Assembly (NCBI GenBank): GCA_036918135.1 | Contig: JBALDB010000057.1 | Location: 1-16,771 of the forward strand | Length of the DNA: 16,771 nucleotides | Direction of reading: 5' to 3' | Source of the DNA: Nostoc sp. | Lineage (GTDB): Bacteria; Cyanobacteriota; Cyanobacteriia; Cyanobacteriales; Nostocaceae | Part shown: positions 16,243 to 16,771 of the stretch, one piece after another | Layout: every line of letters starts with the position of its first letter | How positions within the stretch are numbered: the first letter of the stretch is position 1 | Translations under genes and position numbers: made by a program | Notes under the pieces: generated by a model | Database searches by the model: none | The model's input: the letters and a program-made list of their open reading frames with translations, nothing else | Told to the model about the DNA's origin: nothing

Positions 16243-16294
16243 TTATTGACTGATAACTGATGACTGTTAATCATCAATAGTTAACAGTCAGCAA
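16240..16294 (+). terminator. Heptamer-repeat hairpin immediately after shc (terminator or mRNA 3' stabiliser)
   Basis: TGACTGTTAA (16261-16270) and TTAACAGTCA (16281-16290) form a perfect 10-bp stem within TGACTGA/TAACTGA-type heptamers. Confidence 0.55.
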
Positions 16295-16677
16295 CCTCTT
16301 AATTATTGGGTATTCGGTACTAGATAGATACTTCTAATTTTAAATTACTAATTCTTAGCTTTTCAGGTTTGTTCTTTCTACTTCTCTTACCCGCAGCAGT
16401 AATCACTTATGATTAAAATCTTTCTGCGTAATCACGTTAGCCTTAATGATAAGTATTCCACTTAATTTGCGGGAAGTTCTATTAGTGATGTATTGATTAA
16501 AATAATGATTCTTGTATTAGATTCATTGTAGAAAATGAGTTTCAAACTGTGTAGCGATCGCCAATATCAAATCTATTAAAAGCTGAGCCAGATTGCTTTT
16601 ATGCTGTAACACTTTTATCAGCTATACTATTTTTTAGTAAATTATTTATACTTTTATAGTCAACATAGATATAATCT

Positions 16678-16771
16678 AACGTGAGTTCGACGGTGAAAAA
16701 AAGGCAAAAAGCTTGCTATGCCTGAATTTGTACAACTGGGTAAGCAGTAGGCGATCGCTATAATTAATGGA
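16678..16771 (+). mobile_element. Possible end of an IS/MITE-like element running off the window
   Basis: AACGTGAGTTCGA follows an AT-rich tract and resembles a terminal repeat I recall from cyanobacterial IS/MITE ends. No transposase or partner end is visible. Confidence 0.25.

Larger units (their letters stand above)
252..16758. repeat. Dispersed HIP1 octamers (GCGATCGC), about 24 copies
   Basis: Counted by eye, e.g. at 252, 1039, 1595, 2291, 2358, 2843, 3250, 8131, 11587, 13043, 14870, 16554 and 16751. This is a cyanobacterial hallmark. Confidence 0.92.

Noticed and set aside
16320..16406. 28-codon basic minus-strand ORF (VITAAGKRSRKNKPEKL...)
   Set aside because: It has a GTG start with no RBS and no recognisable homology, as expected by chance.
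16432..16684. 9-bp inverted repeat TCACGTTAG / CTAACGTGA as MITE ends
   Set aside because: It is too short, does not extend, and no target-site duplication is seen.
78..16710. 15-bp inverted match AAAAAAAGGCAAAAA near both window ends (78-92 and 16696-16710)
   Set aside because: It is a low-complexity poly-A sequence, and the enclosed region holds core genes with no integrase or transposase.

Overview
Chromosomal window from a filamentous cyanobacterium, most likely Nostocales (about 24 HIP1 GCGATCGC sites by eye, STRR-type heptamer repeats). Left to right it contains: a strong leftward sigma70-type promoter that looks like an rRNA-operon promoter; nadC; an internally deleted Uma2-like remnant; and a heterodimeric TM287/288-type ABC exporter. 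Next is a seven-gene minus-strand redox/electrophile-detoxification cluster (trxA2, SDR, Old Yellow Enzyme, SnoaL-like protein, nitroreductase, MFS, atypical SDR), divergent from a RexT-like ArsR repressor with a perfect 12-1-12 operator. A two-gene module follows (78-aa protein plus AbiEii-like nucleotidyltransferase), then the divergent hopanoid genes hpnB and shc. The most notable items are: the nucleotidyltransferase module with a small non-AbiEi partner; a 21-bp/63-bp higher-order tandem array inside the redox cluster that is open on both strands; a RexT homologue lacking the resolving C-terminal cysteine; degenerate operator copies upstream of other genes; and an in-frame short-repeat insertion in hpnB. 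All assignments come from reading motifs; no database searches were run.
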